Assembly (NCBI GenBank): GCA_964578885.1
Contig: CAZOEO010000005.1
Coordinates: forward strand, 91,752-155,751
DNA from: an uncultured Candidatus Competibacteraceae bacterium
GTDB lineage: Bacteria; Bacteroidota; Bacteroidia; CAIKAF01
Length of the DNA: 64,000 nt
Direction of reading: 5' to 3'
Positions 9,811-20,316 of the stretch are shown piece after piece; position 1 is the first letter of the stretch; every line of letters begins with the position of its first letter. Under the pieces are notes generated by a model. That model searched no databases. It was not told the DNA's origin and worked only from the letters and a program-made list of their open reading frames with translations. Position numbers and translations under genes: made by a program.

Positions 9811-10488
9811 TTAGGAATTATGCTGTTTCAGCAATACTTCGTCGATCATGCCGTATTCTTTGGCTTCCTGGGCAATCATCCAGTAATCGCGATCGGAGTC
9901 TTTCTCGACTTTATCGAAAGGTTGTCCGGAATGGGTGGCAATGATGTCGTACAATTCTTTCTTGAGTTTACGCACTTCGTTCACGGTGATTTCCATGTCG
10001 GAAGCTTGTCCTTGTGCTCCGCCCATGGGTTGGTGAATCATGACGCGTGAGTGTTTTAGACCTGTCCGTTTTCCTGCGGCACCGGCGCAAAGAAGCACAG
10101 CGCCCATAGAAGCGGCCATGCCAACGCAAATGGTGGCCACGTCCGGACCAATCCATTGCATGGTGTCGTAAATACCCAATCCGGCATAAACTGAACCACC
10201 TGGACTATTGATGTAAATCTGGATATCGCGTTTGGCGTCTGCACTTTCTAAAAAGAGCAATTGGGCCTGAATAATATTGGCGATATAATCGTCGATGGGC
10301 GTTCCAAGAAAGATGATGCGATCCATCATCAAACGTGAAAATACATCTACTTCCCTGAAGTTAACGGGCCGTTCTTCGATAACGGTACGCGTCATGCCCT
10401 GAATCTGACTGGTGTAGTTTTCAAGGTGCATGCTGCTGATTCCGCGGTGCTTTACGGCGTACTTTTTAAATTCATCGTGTGGAAACAT
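9811..10488 (-). CDS. clpP: ATP-dependent Clp protease proteolytic subunit ClpP
   Basis: Ser-His-Asp serine protease signature region (AASMGA..., HQP). The longest ORF extends to 10545, but the conserved N-terminus begins at [11 protein letters not shown] (10488). Confidence 0.9.
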   Translation of the reverse strand: MFPHDEFKKYAVKHRGISSMHLENYTSQIQGMTRTVIEERPVNFREVDVFSRLMMDRIIFLGTPIDDYIANIIQAQLLFLESADAKRDIQIYINSPGGSVYAGLGIYDTMQWIGPDVATICVGMAASMGAVLLCAGAAGKRTGLKHSRVMIHQPMGGAQGQASDMEITVNEVRKLKKELYDIIATHSGQPFDKVEKDSDRDYWMIAQEAKEYGMIDEVLLKQHNS

Positions 10489-10592
10489 GGCTGCAAAATT
10501 TGATGTAATGCTAAGAAAAAGTGCCGACCCTGCAAAAGTCGGCACGTGAATAAATCAAAAACAGAAAATCTTGGAAATGGTTTTGAAGGCCA

Positions 10593-11957
10593 TCAGGCTT
10601 CTGCGGTTTCGCGTGATTCCTGGATTTGTTTGAACTCTTCTACCGAAATATCTTGTTCGGTTACACCGATTTGCTGACGCACTTTGTCCACGGTACGGGC
10701 TTCAAGAATCGACATGTACAGGCGATCTGCTTCGGCGCGGTTAGAAAGGAATCGGTCTGTTACGGCATCCAAACGATCGTCTGGCAAAGCGTAACCGACT
10801 TCCATCATGCGACGGCGCATCATTTCGCGTGCTTCTTCTCTCAATGTTTCAGCGGAAACTTCCACTTCCATTTTCTGAGCGAGTTTGCTGCGTAAAATTT
10901 CCCAGGTAAAGCTTTCCTTGTAGCTATCCCAATTGGTTTCCACTTCGTTGGGATTAAAATCTTTGTTGTCGCGATTAGAAATGAGCAACCAACGTTTCAG
11001 GAAGGCTTCAGGAATGTCCAACGGATTGAGTTGACGCAGTCTCTCGCGAAGTTGCGTCATTAGCATCATATTGGATTGGTTTTGGTCGTTGGACACGATA
11101 TAGCGACCAATGGCCTCTCTAAATTGGTTTTCGTCCTGAATATTTCCTTCGCCAAACACTTCGTCGTAAAAAGCCTGGTCGATGGTGGCCGGCATTCTGC
11201 GGCTAATTTTAGAAATAAAGAGTTGGGCAGACTCAGGAAGTTGAGCGATTTCTTCTTCGCTTCCGAGGCTAAGATACACGGAAGTGGCGCGTGCATCGGC
11301 GAATAGATTGGTCAATGGCAGGGTTACGGTATCACCGGAAGCTTTGCCGAGCAATGCCGCTTTCCCTTCTTCACTTTCGATGCGCGCCATGGGAATGTAG
11401 ATTCCGGCGTTTCTTTTCTCTTCGCCTTCTGCATTGGTGTATACCAGTTCTCCGAATACAAAGTCATCGGCTTCCACGGTGTCTACGTCCACTGCATTTC
11501 CATATTCCTTAGCCAGTTTCTCGATTTCCTGTTCGATAAGGTCCGGATTGGGTTGTACACGGTAGTGAATGAACTCGCCGCCTTGTGGCAGAATGGGATC
11601 TACTTCGGGCATGAATCCGATATCGTATGCAAATTCGAAAGAAGTGTCTTTGTCCCAGTCGATAGGAAGTTGGCTGGCGGAAGGCAGAGGTTCACCGAGG
11701 TATTGGATTTTTTGTTCTTCGATATAAGCGAACAACTTATCTACGGTGAGTTTTCCGATTTCGTCGGAGAGAACTTGTTTGCCGTACATTTTTTGAACCA
11801 TGCCGGCGGGAACTTTTCCGGGACGAAAGCCGGGCATCGAAACTCTGTTTCTCAGTGTTTTGAGTGCTTTGTCTACGACATCCCGATAATCTTCCTGTGC
11901 TATTTTAATGCGAATGACGCCGTTAAGGGCGTCAATATTTTCCCGGGTAATTTCCAT
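10593..11957 (-). CDS. tig: trigger factor
   Basis: N-terminal ribosome-binding motif GFRPGKVP. Central PPIase-like domain and C-terminal chaperone domain. Sits upstream of clpP-clpX. Confidence 0.9.
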   Translation of the reverse strand: MEITRENIDALNGVIRIKIAQEDYRDVVDKALKTLRNRVSMPGFRPGKVPAGMVQKMYGKQVLSDEIGKLTVDKLFAYIEEQKIQYLGEPLPSASQLPIDWDKDTSFEFAYDIGFMPEVDPILPQGGEFIHYRVQPNPDLIEQEIEKLAKEYGNAVDVDTVEADDFVFGELVYTNAEGEEKRNAGIYIPMARIESEEGKAALLGKASGDTVTLPLTNLFADARATSVYLSLGSEEEIAQLPESAQLFISKISRRMPATIDQAFYDEVFGEGNIQDENQFREAIGRYIVSNDQNQSNMMLMTQLRERLRQLNPLDIPEAFLKRWLLISNRDNKDFNPNEVETNWDSYKESFTWEILRSKLAQKMEVEVSAETLREEAREMMRRRMMEVGYALPDDRLDAVTDRFLSNRAEADRLYMSILEARTVDKVRQQIGVTEQDISVEEFKQIQESRETAEA

Positions 11958-11987
11958 GGGTGAGTGCTTGGTACAATGTTAAAAGAG

Positions 11988-12069
11988 TGCGGATGAAGGG
12001 ACTCGAACCCCCACGCCTTTCGGCACCAGATCCTAAGTCTGGCACGGCTACCAATTACGCCACATCCGC
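11988..12069 (-). tRNA. tRNA-Leu (anticodon TAG), long variable arm
   Basis: Reverse complement folds as a cloverleaf: GCGGATG acceptor stem, anticodon loop CTTAGGA, long variable arm, GGTTCGAGTCC T-loop. No encoded CCA. Confidence 0.85.
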
Positions 12070-12135
12070 AAAACCGTAAAACAACGGGGGGCAAATATAC
12101 GCTTTTTCGGAATAGAAAAAGAAAATGCAGAATTT

Positions 12136-14415
12136 TTAACGAGCAGTGGCTGGTGTACCTTGTGGAATTCTTTGTTTCAGGCTTCGCCGGGTCATTCTCT
12201 TCACAGCTGGCTTGCCCATCTGACCGCCTATTTCATCCATATAGGTATGTACTTTTCTACCTTTTTCCAAATCGTAGACCTGGTACATCCAAATGTTATA
12301 GGTGGGTCGTTTTAAAGCGTTAATGATAAAAACCGGGGTTAAATAAGGGAGAAAAACGCTGAGCAATACCGCTCGTCCAATGGCTCCTTTCGCAGGATAG
12401 CGCATCCGCAACAATTTCATTTCAGCCAAATGCGAAACGCCCATATTTCCAAAAATCCGCAGGGATTCTTCCTGAAAAAGAGGCCACATCTGGATTTTAT
12501 TGGTTTCATTGAATCGGATTTGCCTAAAATATTGTTGAGCATAAAACGTCCGATTCAGGTTTGTTGCATTAAATTCTGGTGAAAGGGTATTTGAAAGAAC
12601 GGAAACAGTCGCAGGAAACTTCGGACTGCTTAATTCACTCAGGTATTCATGCATCCAATGGGTATTGTTTTCGGACAAGTCATACAACTCCAATGGTTCA
12701 TCCTGCTTTCGCCGCAATTCCAGTTGGGTACTTTGCGGACGAACCACCAGCAGGTGCTCTGGCAAGATGGTGGGCGGACGCTTAAACATAGAGGAACGGG
12801 GCTTTTTATTTTCCTCTGCGGCCGCCAGGCTCGCCTTAAGGTCAGCCATAAAAAACAAAGACAGAAACTCGTTGTCTCGCATTTCCTCTTGAAATCCGTA
12901 ATACAAATACAGTGGTTCCCCGGAAGATGAACCTTTTCTGACATGGGCTTTTCCGGAGGAAAGGGTGTCAGTGCCATGGTCGCGGCTCAATGGCAGATTT
13001 CCCGTTTTAAATCGTTCAAAAGTAAATTTCGTGTGACGCATCAGCTGGAAGGCCAGATCTTCAGCGATACGCTTCAATTCAGCACTTTCCGGAAAATCCT
13101 TTTTTGCCGTCCAGGCATGTTTCAGTGCCAAAAGGAGCAATTCTTCGCGCTGTAAATTGTGAAAAGCAGCCATGAGTTTTTGCTCTTTTCCTTCTGCTCT
13201 TTCAGGCGCCCAATGCACTTTGCCGAATCGGCGCTGGGCATGGGCAGAAGCCAGAAGATATAGAGCACGCACCTGTGTTAAGGTGAGGAAATATCCTTTT
13301 TCGTAGCGGGTTTCGAGGCTTTTCGCGTGATAAAAGGCCAATTCAGGACGGTGATCTTCCAGATACAACATGCCAAGTTCATATTGTGCGATTTTTCTGG
13401 CATGAAAAAATTCAGTTTCATCCGCTACAAAAAGTGATGTACCGAACGTCTGGGTGGAGTCGGTCATTTTTCGGATGGCGGCCAGTCTAAGTCCTACGTC
13501 CGGATGGCTGGCATAGCTCCGCTCGTCGGCGTCGGCTAATTTTGTAGAATCCGGAGTATCGGAATTGGATTTTTTCGTCTGGCGGTCTTTTATTTGAGGA
13601 AGCGCCCAGATTTTTTCCGGGATTTGCAGTTGTCCGAGGCTGAGCCATTCTGGTTTTACTTCCAGCGAATCTACTGGCTTTTCAGCTTGTTTCAGCATGT
13701 AAAAAACCTCATGTACGGCTGAAAGGGCGTAGGGAGATTTGCGAAAAATATTGAAACCGGCCAAATCGGCTTCGGTTTCCAGGGCGCGGGAAAATTTTGA
13801 ACTTTCCAGGCGAAGTAAATCGGCCGCCTGGTCCTTGGGGACTCGTCTCCTGGCCTGTTCGTCTTCCGCATTTCTGCGCACGGATTGAATGGCATGCTGG
13901 TGTTTTACATGGATGTATTCGTGGCAAAGGATAAAAGCGAGTTCGGCTTCGGTTTTGAGTCGAGCCAGAAGACCCAGAGAAACAATTATATACCCTTGTC
14001 GGGTAGCAAAAGCATTCACCACCGGCGATTTCAACACATAGACCTTTATGTGATCCGGCACTGTTTCGCCAGCCAATACTGTTCTTAAAACCAGATTACA
14101 ATATTGGCCAACAGGATCATTGTACACAATGCGTCCGGAAGCCATCAGCCGATCGATTTCATGCGTAGAATGGCGTAAAAACTCCTGTTCGGCCAGGGCC
14201 ACTCTTTGTTTTCGCTTTGACCCCGTGATGGGACTCATTTCGGCTTTCGCTCGTGCGGTGGAGGAAACGTGTAAAAAGTCTGGAAGAGGATCTACCGACT
14301 CCAGGCTTGTATAATAGTTAAAATCAGTGCCCTGAGCTGAAATCCTCCCCGATGGAAAGGCCAAAGTCAAGAGTAAAAAAGCAGAAAAATATTTTTTAAA
14401 TGAGAAGCAATTCAT
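12136..14415 (-). CDS. secreted putative zinc metalloprotease (HEXXH; M48-like)
   Basis: Signal peptide. HEYIH zinc-binding motif in the context ILCHEYIHVKHQH. 759 aa. Confidence 0.45.
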   Translation of the reverse strand: MNCFSFKKYFSAFLLLTLAFPSGRISAQGTDFNYYTSLESVDPLPDFLHVSSTARAKAEMSPITGSKRKQRVALAEQEFLRHSTHEIDRLMASGRIVYNDPVGQYCNLVLRTVLAGETVPDHIKVYVLKSPVVNAFATRQGYIIVSLGLLARLKTEAELAFILCHEYIHVKHQHAIQSVRRNAEDEQARRRVPKDQAADLLRLESSKFSRALETEADLAGFNIFRKSPYALSAVHEVFYMLKQAEKPVDSLEVKPEWLSLGQLQIPEKIWALPQIKDRQTKKSNSDTPDSTKLADADERSYASHPDVGLRLAAIRKMTDSTQTFGTSLFVADETEFFHARKIAQYELGMLYLEDHRPELAFYHAKSLETRYEKGYFLTLTQVRALYLLASAHAQRRFGKVHWAPERAEGKEQKLMAAFHNLQREELLLLALKHAWTAKKDFPESAELKRIAEDLAFQLMRHTKFTFERFKTGNLPLSRDHGTDTLSSGKAHVRKGSSSGEPLYLYYGFQEEMRDNEFLSLFFMADLKASLAAAEENKKPRSSMFKRPPTILPEHLLVVRPQSTQLELRRKQDEPLELYDLSENNTHWMHEYLSELSSPKFPATVSVLSNTLSPEFNATNLNRTFYAQQYFRQIRFNETNKIQMWPLFQEESLRIFGNMGVSHLAEMKLLRMRYPAKGAIGRAVLLSVFLPYLTPVFIINALKRPTYNIWMYQVYDLEKGRKVHTYMDEIGGQMGKPAVKRMTRRSLKQRIPQGTPATAR

Positions 14416-14526
14416 GTCCTGTGATGGATGGATGATAAAGGGTGATGTAAATTAAAAAAAAGTTTAAACACGAACAAACTTAGTTCTAAATGCTTAACTT
14501 TAAACATTGATTCCCCTCCAATCATT

Positions 14527-15009
14527 ATGAAAGTAACGTACTCCTCCTCTGCTACACAGTTGGCTTTGCCATGGGTTCGCTATTTAAGCGAAGTAGATGG
14601 CAAAAGAGCTTTAATCGCTGTAAACAGCCAACTTAAAACAGAAATCCAATCGACCCATCCTTACATGGGCTGGATTCGGTTGTCTCCTGCTCTGGAAAAC
14701 GCCACCGATTCGTTTGAAGCCACCCTCATATTGTTTCAGCGATTTGCACCCGGTGTATTTTCCGTTATGGAAACCATGCCAACGCATTTAGTGGGATATG
14801 TGGCCGAGCAAAATGAAATCACGCTCATTTTTTACAGCCGGGAAAGAATTTCCTTACGGCCGGTACTAAAAGCTTTTGTCCGTGATTGGAAAACGTGGAA
14901 CCTCCGCCCTGGTCAAATCCGTGACGAAGACTGGGAAACGTACCATGATTTATTGTATCCCGCTCATTGGGAACAAAAACAACTGAGGTATTTCTCTACA
15001 CCGTTTTAA
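14527..15009 (+). CDS. hypothetical protein
   Basis: 160-aa ORF with no recognised motif. Confidence 0.3.
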   Translation: MKVTYSSSATQLALPWVRYLSEVDGKRALIAVNSQLKTEIQSTHPYMGWIRLSPALENATDSFEATLILFQRFAPGVFSVMETMPTHLVGYVAEQNEITLIFYSRERISLRPVLKAFVRDWKTWNLRPGQIRDEDWETYHDLLYPAHWEQKQLRYFSTPF

Positions 15010-15035
15010 ATCTTTCGCTGTCGTATCTTGTGCCC

Positions 15036-16214
15036 ATGGATTTTTCAGGCACATTTACATCTAAGCTACCAAGGGTAAAAACGACCATTTTTTCTGTGAT
15101 GTCCGCACTGGCACAAGAAACCGGTGCTGTTAATTTATCTCAGGGATTTCCGGATTTCCCTATGGCCCCGGAACTTGTTGAGGCCTTATATGATGCGGCC
15201 AAAAATGGACATAACCAATACGCCCCGATGTCGGGTTACCTACCTTTGAGAAAGGCGGTAGCAGACATGAAATCAGCTCTTTATAGTTGCACTTATCATC
15301 CTGAAACGGAAATAACCATTACCGCCGGCGGCACGCAAGCCATATTTACCGCCATCACCACATTTATCCGTGAAGGAGACGAAGTCATGATTTTTGAGCC
15401 GGCTTACGATTGTTATGTTCCGGCCATTTCTTTGGTGGGCGGTGTTCCCAAATTCATTCAGCTGGAAGGCCCGGATTATCAGGTTCCGTGGGCGTCCGTG
15501 AAAAAGCTGCTGAATCAACGTACCCGTATGATAATTCTCAATTCTCCGCATAATCCAACAGGGGCACTTCTGTCCGCACAAGATATGGAGCAGTTGAGTA
15601 AAATCCTGAAAGGCAAGGATGTCATTATTCTTTCAGATGAAGTTTACGCCCATCTATTGTACGATGGCTTAGACCATCAAAGTGTCTGCCGTTATCCTGA
15701 ACTCGCACAACGCGCATTGGTGGTAGGCTCTTTTGGGAAAACGTACCATTGTACAGGCTGGAAGGTCGGATATGTTGCGGCACCGGAAGCGCTCACTGAA
15801 GCGTTCCGAAAAGTACACCAATACAATGTGTTTTCTGTAAATACGCCAGCACAAGTGGCCTTTGCTAAAGTGTTGTCGCGCCCGGAAACATACTTGCATC
15901 TTTCTGCATTTTACGGCCAAAAAAGAGATTTATTCTTCTCGTTGATGGAAGGCCTGCCCTTTCAGTTTAAACCAGTTCAGGGCGGATATTTCGCTTTGGC
16001 GAATTATGGCCGGTTTTCTAAAATGCCGGATGTAGAGTTTGCAAAAATGCTGACCAAAGAGGCCGGAGTTGCCACAATTCCATTATCGCCCTTTTACACG
16101 CAGGGGAAAGATGAACAATGGCTGCGTTTCTGTTTTGCCAAAACGGATGAAACCCTTCAAGAGGCGGCCAAACGGCTAAAAAACTGGGCAAAAAATCATC
16201 CATCAACCTCGTGA
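15036..16214 (+). CDS. PLP-dependent aminotransferase, class I/II (YbdL-like methionine aminotransferase family)
   Basis: Colinear similarity to E. coli YbdL (LPRVKTTIFSVMSALA...NLSQGFPDF; SFGKTYHCTGWKVGY with the PLP lysine). Start refined to ATG at 15036. Confidence 0.85.
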   Translation: MDFSGTFTSKLPRVKTTIFSVMSALAQETGAVNLSQGFPDFPMAPELVEALYDAAKNGHNQYAPMSGYLPLRKAVADMKSALYSCTYHPETEITITAGGTQAIFTAITTFIREGDEVMIFEPAYDCYVPAISLVGGVPKFIQLEGPDYQVPWASVKKLLNQRTRMIILNSPHNPTGALLSAQDMEQLSKILKGKDVIILSDEVYAHLLYDGLDHQSVCRYPELAQRALVVGSFGKTYHCTGWKVGYVAAPEALTEAFRKVHQYNVFSVNTPAQVAFAKVLSRPETYLHLSAFYGQKRDLFFSLMEGLPFQFKPVQGGYFALANYGRFSKMPDVEFAKMLTKEAGVATIPLSPFYTQGKDEQWLRFCFAKTDETLQEAAKRLKNWAKNHPSTS

Positions 16215-16246
16215 TTTTCTAATTTTTCAGGCCCTAACCTTTCCTT

Positions 16247-18247
16247 ATGAACCAAATTCCATTGCTGCAAGATGCAGTGCTCATGCTGGGGCTTTCTGTC
16301 CTGGTGATTTATATTTTCCAGCGATTTCGGCTGCCTACGGTGATTGGTTTTTTGGCCACAGGCATTTTATTCGGGCCGCATGGGCTGGCTTTGATCGGTC
16401 ATCCTGAATATGCGCACGAGATTGAAATCATGGCAGAAATTGGGATTATTCTGCTGCTGTTTATCATTGGCCTTGAATTTTCCATTAAGGAGTTGGCAGC
16501 GCTCCGAAAAGTGGTGATTCTGGGAGGTTTTGGCCAAGTTGGACTTACAGTTGGATTCATTGCTCTGCTATCCTTTGGACTGGGACTTCCGTGGCCCAAA
16601 GGGATTTTTATGGGATTTTTATTTTCCTTAAGCTCCACAGCTATTGTGCTGAAGCTTTTACAGGAAAAAGGAACCATTCATGGACCTGCAGGCCGGATTG
16701 CTTTGGGACTTTTAATTTTTCAGGACATCATTGTGGTACCCATGATGTTGGTAACGCCGATGCTGGCCGGTGCAGAAGCAAACATTGGGACGGCATTGGG
16801 AATTTTACTTATGAAGGCCGCAGGTGTAACCATGGCGGTGATTGTACTGTCACGGTATCTGGTACCGAAAGTCCTGAGAGAAATCGCACGTACTAAAAGT
16901 CGGGAGTTGTTTCTGTTGTCTATTCTGGTCATTTGTTTTACCGTAGCCTTTGGCACCAGCGCATTGGGACTTTCTTTGGCTTTGGGAGCCTTCATGGCCG
17001 GCCTCACTATTTCCGGTTCGCCTTACAGCCATCAGGCCACCAGTCTGATCATTCCCTTTCGGGAGGTTTTTGCATCCTTCTTCTTTTTATCCATCGGCAT
17101 GCTCCTTGATATCCGCTTTATCACAGACCATTTTTTAGTCATCTCTGGGTTGGTACTTACAGTGGTGCTGGTAAAATTTTCCGTACTGGCGGGTGTGGTG
17201 CGTTTATTAGGCTTCCCGCTTCGTACCGCACTCCTTTCTGGATTTACTTTGTTTCAGGTCGGCGAATTCGCCTTTATCTTATCTGGCTTCGGACAAAAGT
17301 ATGGGCTCATGGCGGCAGAACAATATCAGTATTTTCTATCGGTCAGTGTGATTACCATGGCCATGACACCCTTTTTCATTTCTGAAGGAGCACGTTGGGT
17401 AAAAGCGCTGGAAAGTAAATTACCAGTCCCAATAGATCAGACGCCATCCTTTCAACCTGCATCAGCACTTTCTTCACAACAGTTGTCTGGACACGTCATC
17501 ATCATTGGTTACGGATTAAATGGACAGCATCTGGCGCAAGCCGCCAGAAGTCATGGCATTCCACATGTAGTCATCGACATGGAAGTGGCACTCGTAGAAC
17601 GTGCATTAAAAGAGGGAAGTCCCGCATTTTTTGGCGATGCCACACAAGGTTTTATCCTGGAAGAATTACATGTGTATAAAGCCAATGTGGTGGTCATCGC
17701 GGTATCAGACATGGTGGCTTCCAGAAACATTATATCCCAAATTCGGCATATTCATCAGAAAGTTCACATTATTGTTCGCTGTCACAATGTACAAGAAGCC
17801 GAAAGTTTATATGGTTTGGGCGCTGGAGAAGTAATCATTGATGCCATGGAGGCTTCGGTTGAAATTTTCACACGCGTCTTGCATCACTATCTGGTGGAAC
17901 CCATTCAAATTGCGGATTTTGCAGATAAAATCCGGACTTCAGAATGGCAAATGAGCCGACCCAGCAACTATACCTCCATGCCCATTTTGGCAGGTTTGCC
18001 CGAACTGAGAACGGTATCTATTCCCTTGGTAACCAACATTCCCGGAATCACGGAGGTTTCCGTACAACAAGCACTGCTTCGGGAAAAACATCATGTTTCC
18101 ATTTTGGCCATTCGGAGAGAAGGCGAATTAATCACCAAAATTGCGCCGGACACCTGTATGCATTTAGGGGACGTGCTGTATTTATTTGGCGAGGCAGATG
18201 ATATTCAAGCTTTTATAAACTTAGTTCGGGTAGATTTGTCCGCCTGA
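16247..18247 (+). CDS. monovalent cation:proton antiporter (CPA2, KefB/KefC-like) with TrkA-N and TrkA-C domains
   Basis: Roughly 12 TM helices followed by Rossmann GxGxxG (IIIGYGLNGQ) and a C-terminal TrkA-C-like region. Confidence 0.8.
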   Translation: MNQIPLLQDAVLMLGLSVLVIYIFQRFRLPTVIGFLATGILFGPHGLALIGHPEYAHEIEIMAEIGIILLLFIIGLEFSIKELAALRKVVILGGFGQVGLTVGFIALLSFGLGLPWPKGIFMGFLFSLSSTAIVLKLLQEKGTIHGPAGRIALGLLIFQDIIVVPMMLVTPMLAGAEANIGTALGILLMKAAGVTMAVIVLSRYLVPKVLREIARTKSRELFLLSILVICFTVAFGTSALGLSLALGAFMAGLTISGSPYSHQATSLIIPFREVFASFFFLSIGMLLDIRFITDHFLVISGLVLTVVLVKFSVLAGVVRLLGFPLRTALLSGFTLFQVGEFAFILSGFGQKYGLMAAEQYQYFLSVSVITMAMTPFFISEGARWVKALESKLPVPIDQTPSFQPASALSSQQLSGHVIIIGYGLNGQHLAQAARSHGIPHVVIDMEVALVERALKEGSPAFFGDATQGFILEELHVYKANVVVIAVSDMVASRNIISQIRHIHQKVHIIVRCHNVQEAESLYGLGAGEVIIDAMEASVEIFTRVLHHYLVEPIQIADFADKIRTSEWQMSRPSNYTSMPILAGLPELRTVSIPLVTNIPGITEVSVQQALLREKHHVSILAIRREGELITKIAPDTCMHLGDVLYLFGEADDIQAFINLVRVDLSA

Positions 18248-20308
18248 GCGCTGAAGGTTTGGTGAAGGGAATAAAAGATAAAACGCCGTTCCTTTCCCTA
18301 CTGCTGATTTAGCCCAAACCCGTCCGCCATGTGCTTCCATGATTTTCTTCACGATATACAGACCAAGGCCTGTGCTGGTTTCACCTAAAGTTCCGCTGGA
18401 TCCGCTGGAAAAAGGACGAAATAAAGTTGCACGTAGTTCTGGTGGAATGCCTTTACCATGATCACGAATCCGGAACAAGGTACTTTGGTCTGGCAATTGC
18501 CTTAACGTACAATGAATCACGCTTCCCGGATTGGAGAACTTGATGGCATTGTCCAGGACATTGGTAATGGCGCGGACGGTTTTATCCTGATCGCAAGCCA
18601 TCAGAAACTGGGCATGATTCTCCACTTTCAAAGAAATCTGTTTTCTTTTCAGTTTAGAGAAAAGGAGTTTTTGTGCTTCTTCAAGGACCTGCTGCGGAAG
18701 CATAATGTGCAGATGGAGCTGCATTTGTGGATCAGGCCGAATGGCATCTGATAAGTCCTGCAGCGTAAAAAGTCCAATTTTGGCGGAATGGCCCAATAGA
18801 TGCATTAAATGCTGGTTTTCTTTGGTAAAAAGCTTTCCTTCAGGACTATCCAAAAGTAAATCGCTCACCTGGGTTACATTGCCCAATACATTTCGCAAGT
18901 CGTGCGCAACGGTACTTAAAATATAACTTTTGTGTTTATCTGTAAGTTCCAGGTGTCGATGCGTGCGATGGAGCTGTTGGTTTTGCTGCTGCAACCCTTT
19001 CGACACCGCTTTAAACTTGGCATATCGCTTTCTCAGTGAAAACCATAGTATAAAAATGACCATAATCACCACAAAGAGGAGCAGTCCAAAAGCAAACCAC
19101 AATCTGCCCTGCAAACTTTTTGCCTGGATATGGTACCTTATGCTTTCCGCATAATTGGAGGCATCCATCATGTCTTGTTGCACATGTTCCAGTTGCAACA
19201 TTTTAGCTTGATAAATCCGGTCAATGGAATCAGCGGCCACCGATTGTTTAAGGCTAAAAGTGTAGGCGGCCTTAAAATCTCCGCGTTTTTGAGCCAGTTT
19301 CGAAAGCATTTGATAGTAATACCATTGATACCGGAATTCACGAATCAAATAGGTTGGTGCCAGTTCTTGTAAAAGTTGCTGTGCCAAATTTGGTTGTTTC
19401 AGGGCATCATAGACCAATGCTCCTATGACAGTGGCTCTACCAACAAAAATCTGACGATCGGCATGATGGGCAAAATGCAACATATTCTGAACCATCACTG
19501 GCTTGAGTCGTTCGGGGAAATAGGCCCACACGGCATGTGTCCAGTTGATATAGGAATAAGCCATGCCACTTTGGTTGCCGGTATGATAGGCAATTTGGAA
19601 AGCCCTTTGGAAACTGGACAAGGCAGGCGTTGGCAGGTCTTGTTTCAAATAACAAAGGCCAATGTTATTCAAAATATTTTGCGTCCAGTGGGCTTCATCC
19701 CAGCCTTCATTGGACTGCAGAATGTTACGAAAAGCCGCATGAAAATGATAAGCGGCCTTGTCATACGCTTGCTCTGAATAATAGAGCATACCCAGGTGAT
19801 TGTGCATGAGCGCAGCGAAATACGGCCAATAGATTTCTCGTGCCATAAGCTCGGCACGAAGTAGATACTTGGCTGTGGCGCGGTAATCACCTCTTTCAGC
19901 TGCTTTTGCACCAAGGAGCGTCAGGGTTTGAAAATACAGACGTTGCTTTGACAATGGAAAAAGCTCGTGGTTTCCGAGCCACTGTAAATGCATGAAGACC
20001 TTGGCCTGAACCTGCAGTGCTGGAGTAGATCTCTTATCTATTCTAATCCCCTCTGCATGAAATGCATACCAACGAAAAGCGCTATCTAACACGCTACATG
20101 CTTCGTCCTGGCCATATAGTGCGCAGACGTTGGTGGTATAAAAAAGTCGGGGAAAAGACGTGGATTTGGCTTTCACGCCAGCGTGCAATGAGCCCTGTGA
20201 CCAGAAACCCATAAGTCCTGCACATACGTATAAAAAACCGATGCTTTTGCGAAAACCTATCACTTCAGAAACAAAGGTAAACCTAAAACCGTTGTTTATA
20301 TTTACCAT
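18221..20308 (-). CDS. TPR repeat-containing sensor histidine kinase
   Basis: N-terminal TPR-like repeats, single TM, HisKA (TVAHDLRNVLGN) and HATPase_c (DNAIKFS, GTGLGLYIVKKIMEAHGG). No receiver domain. Confidence 0.75.
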   Translation of the reverse strand: MVNINNGFRFTFVSEVIGFRKSIGFLYVCAGLMGFWSQGSLHAGVKAKSTSFPRLFYTTNVCALYGQDEACSVLDSAFRWYAFHAEGIRIDKRSTPALQVQAKVFMHLQWLGNHELFPLSKQRLYFQTLTLLGAKAAERGDYRATAKYLLRAELMAREIYWPYFAALMHNHLGMLYYSEQAYDKAAYHFHAAFRNILQSNEGWDEAHWTQNILNNIGLCYLKQDLPTPALSSFQRAFQIAYHTGNQSGMAYSYINWTHAVWAYFPERLKPVMVQNMLHFAHHADRQIFVGRATVIGALVYDALKQPNLAQQLLQELAPTYLIREFRYQWYYYQMLSKLAQKRGDFKAAYTFSLKQSVAADSIDRIYQAKMLQLEHVQQDMMDASNYAESIRYHIQAKSLQGRLWFAFGLLLFVVIMVIFILWFSLRKRYAKFKAVSKGLQQQNQQLHRTHRHLELTDKHKSYILSTVAHDLRNVLGNVTQVSDLLLDSPEGKLFTKENQHLMHLLGHSAKIGLFTLQDLSDAIRPDPQMQLHLHIMLPQQVLEEAQKLLFSKLKRKQISLKVENHAQFLMACDQDKTVRAITNVLDNAIKFSNPGSVIHCTLRQLPDQSTLFRIRDHGKGIPPELRATLFRPFSSGSSGTLGETSTGLGLYIVKKIMEAHGGRVWAKSAVGKGTAFYLLFPSPNLQRSGGQIYPN

Positions 20309-20316
20309 TTGATTTT

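Noticed and set aside
10489-10545. Upstream in-frame extension of clpP ([19 protein letters not shown]…)
   Set aside because: The conserved ClpP N-terminus in Bacteroidota begins at …EFKKYA…. The 19-codon extension has no counterpart and probably reflects an upstream in-frame ATG.
11553-11963. 136-aa + strand ORF within tig (also 10626-10895)
   Set aside because: Antisense to trigger factor, a highly confident gene.
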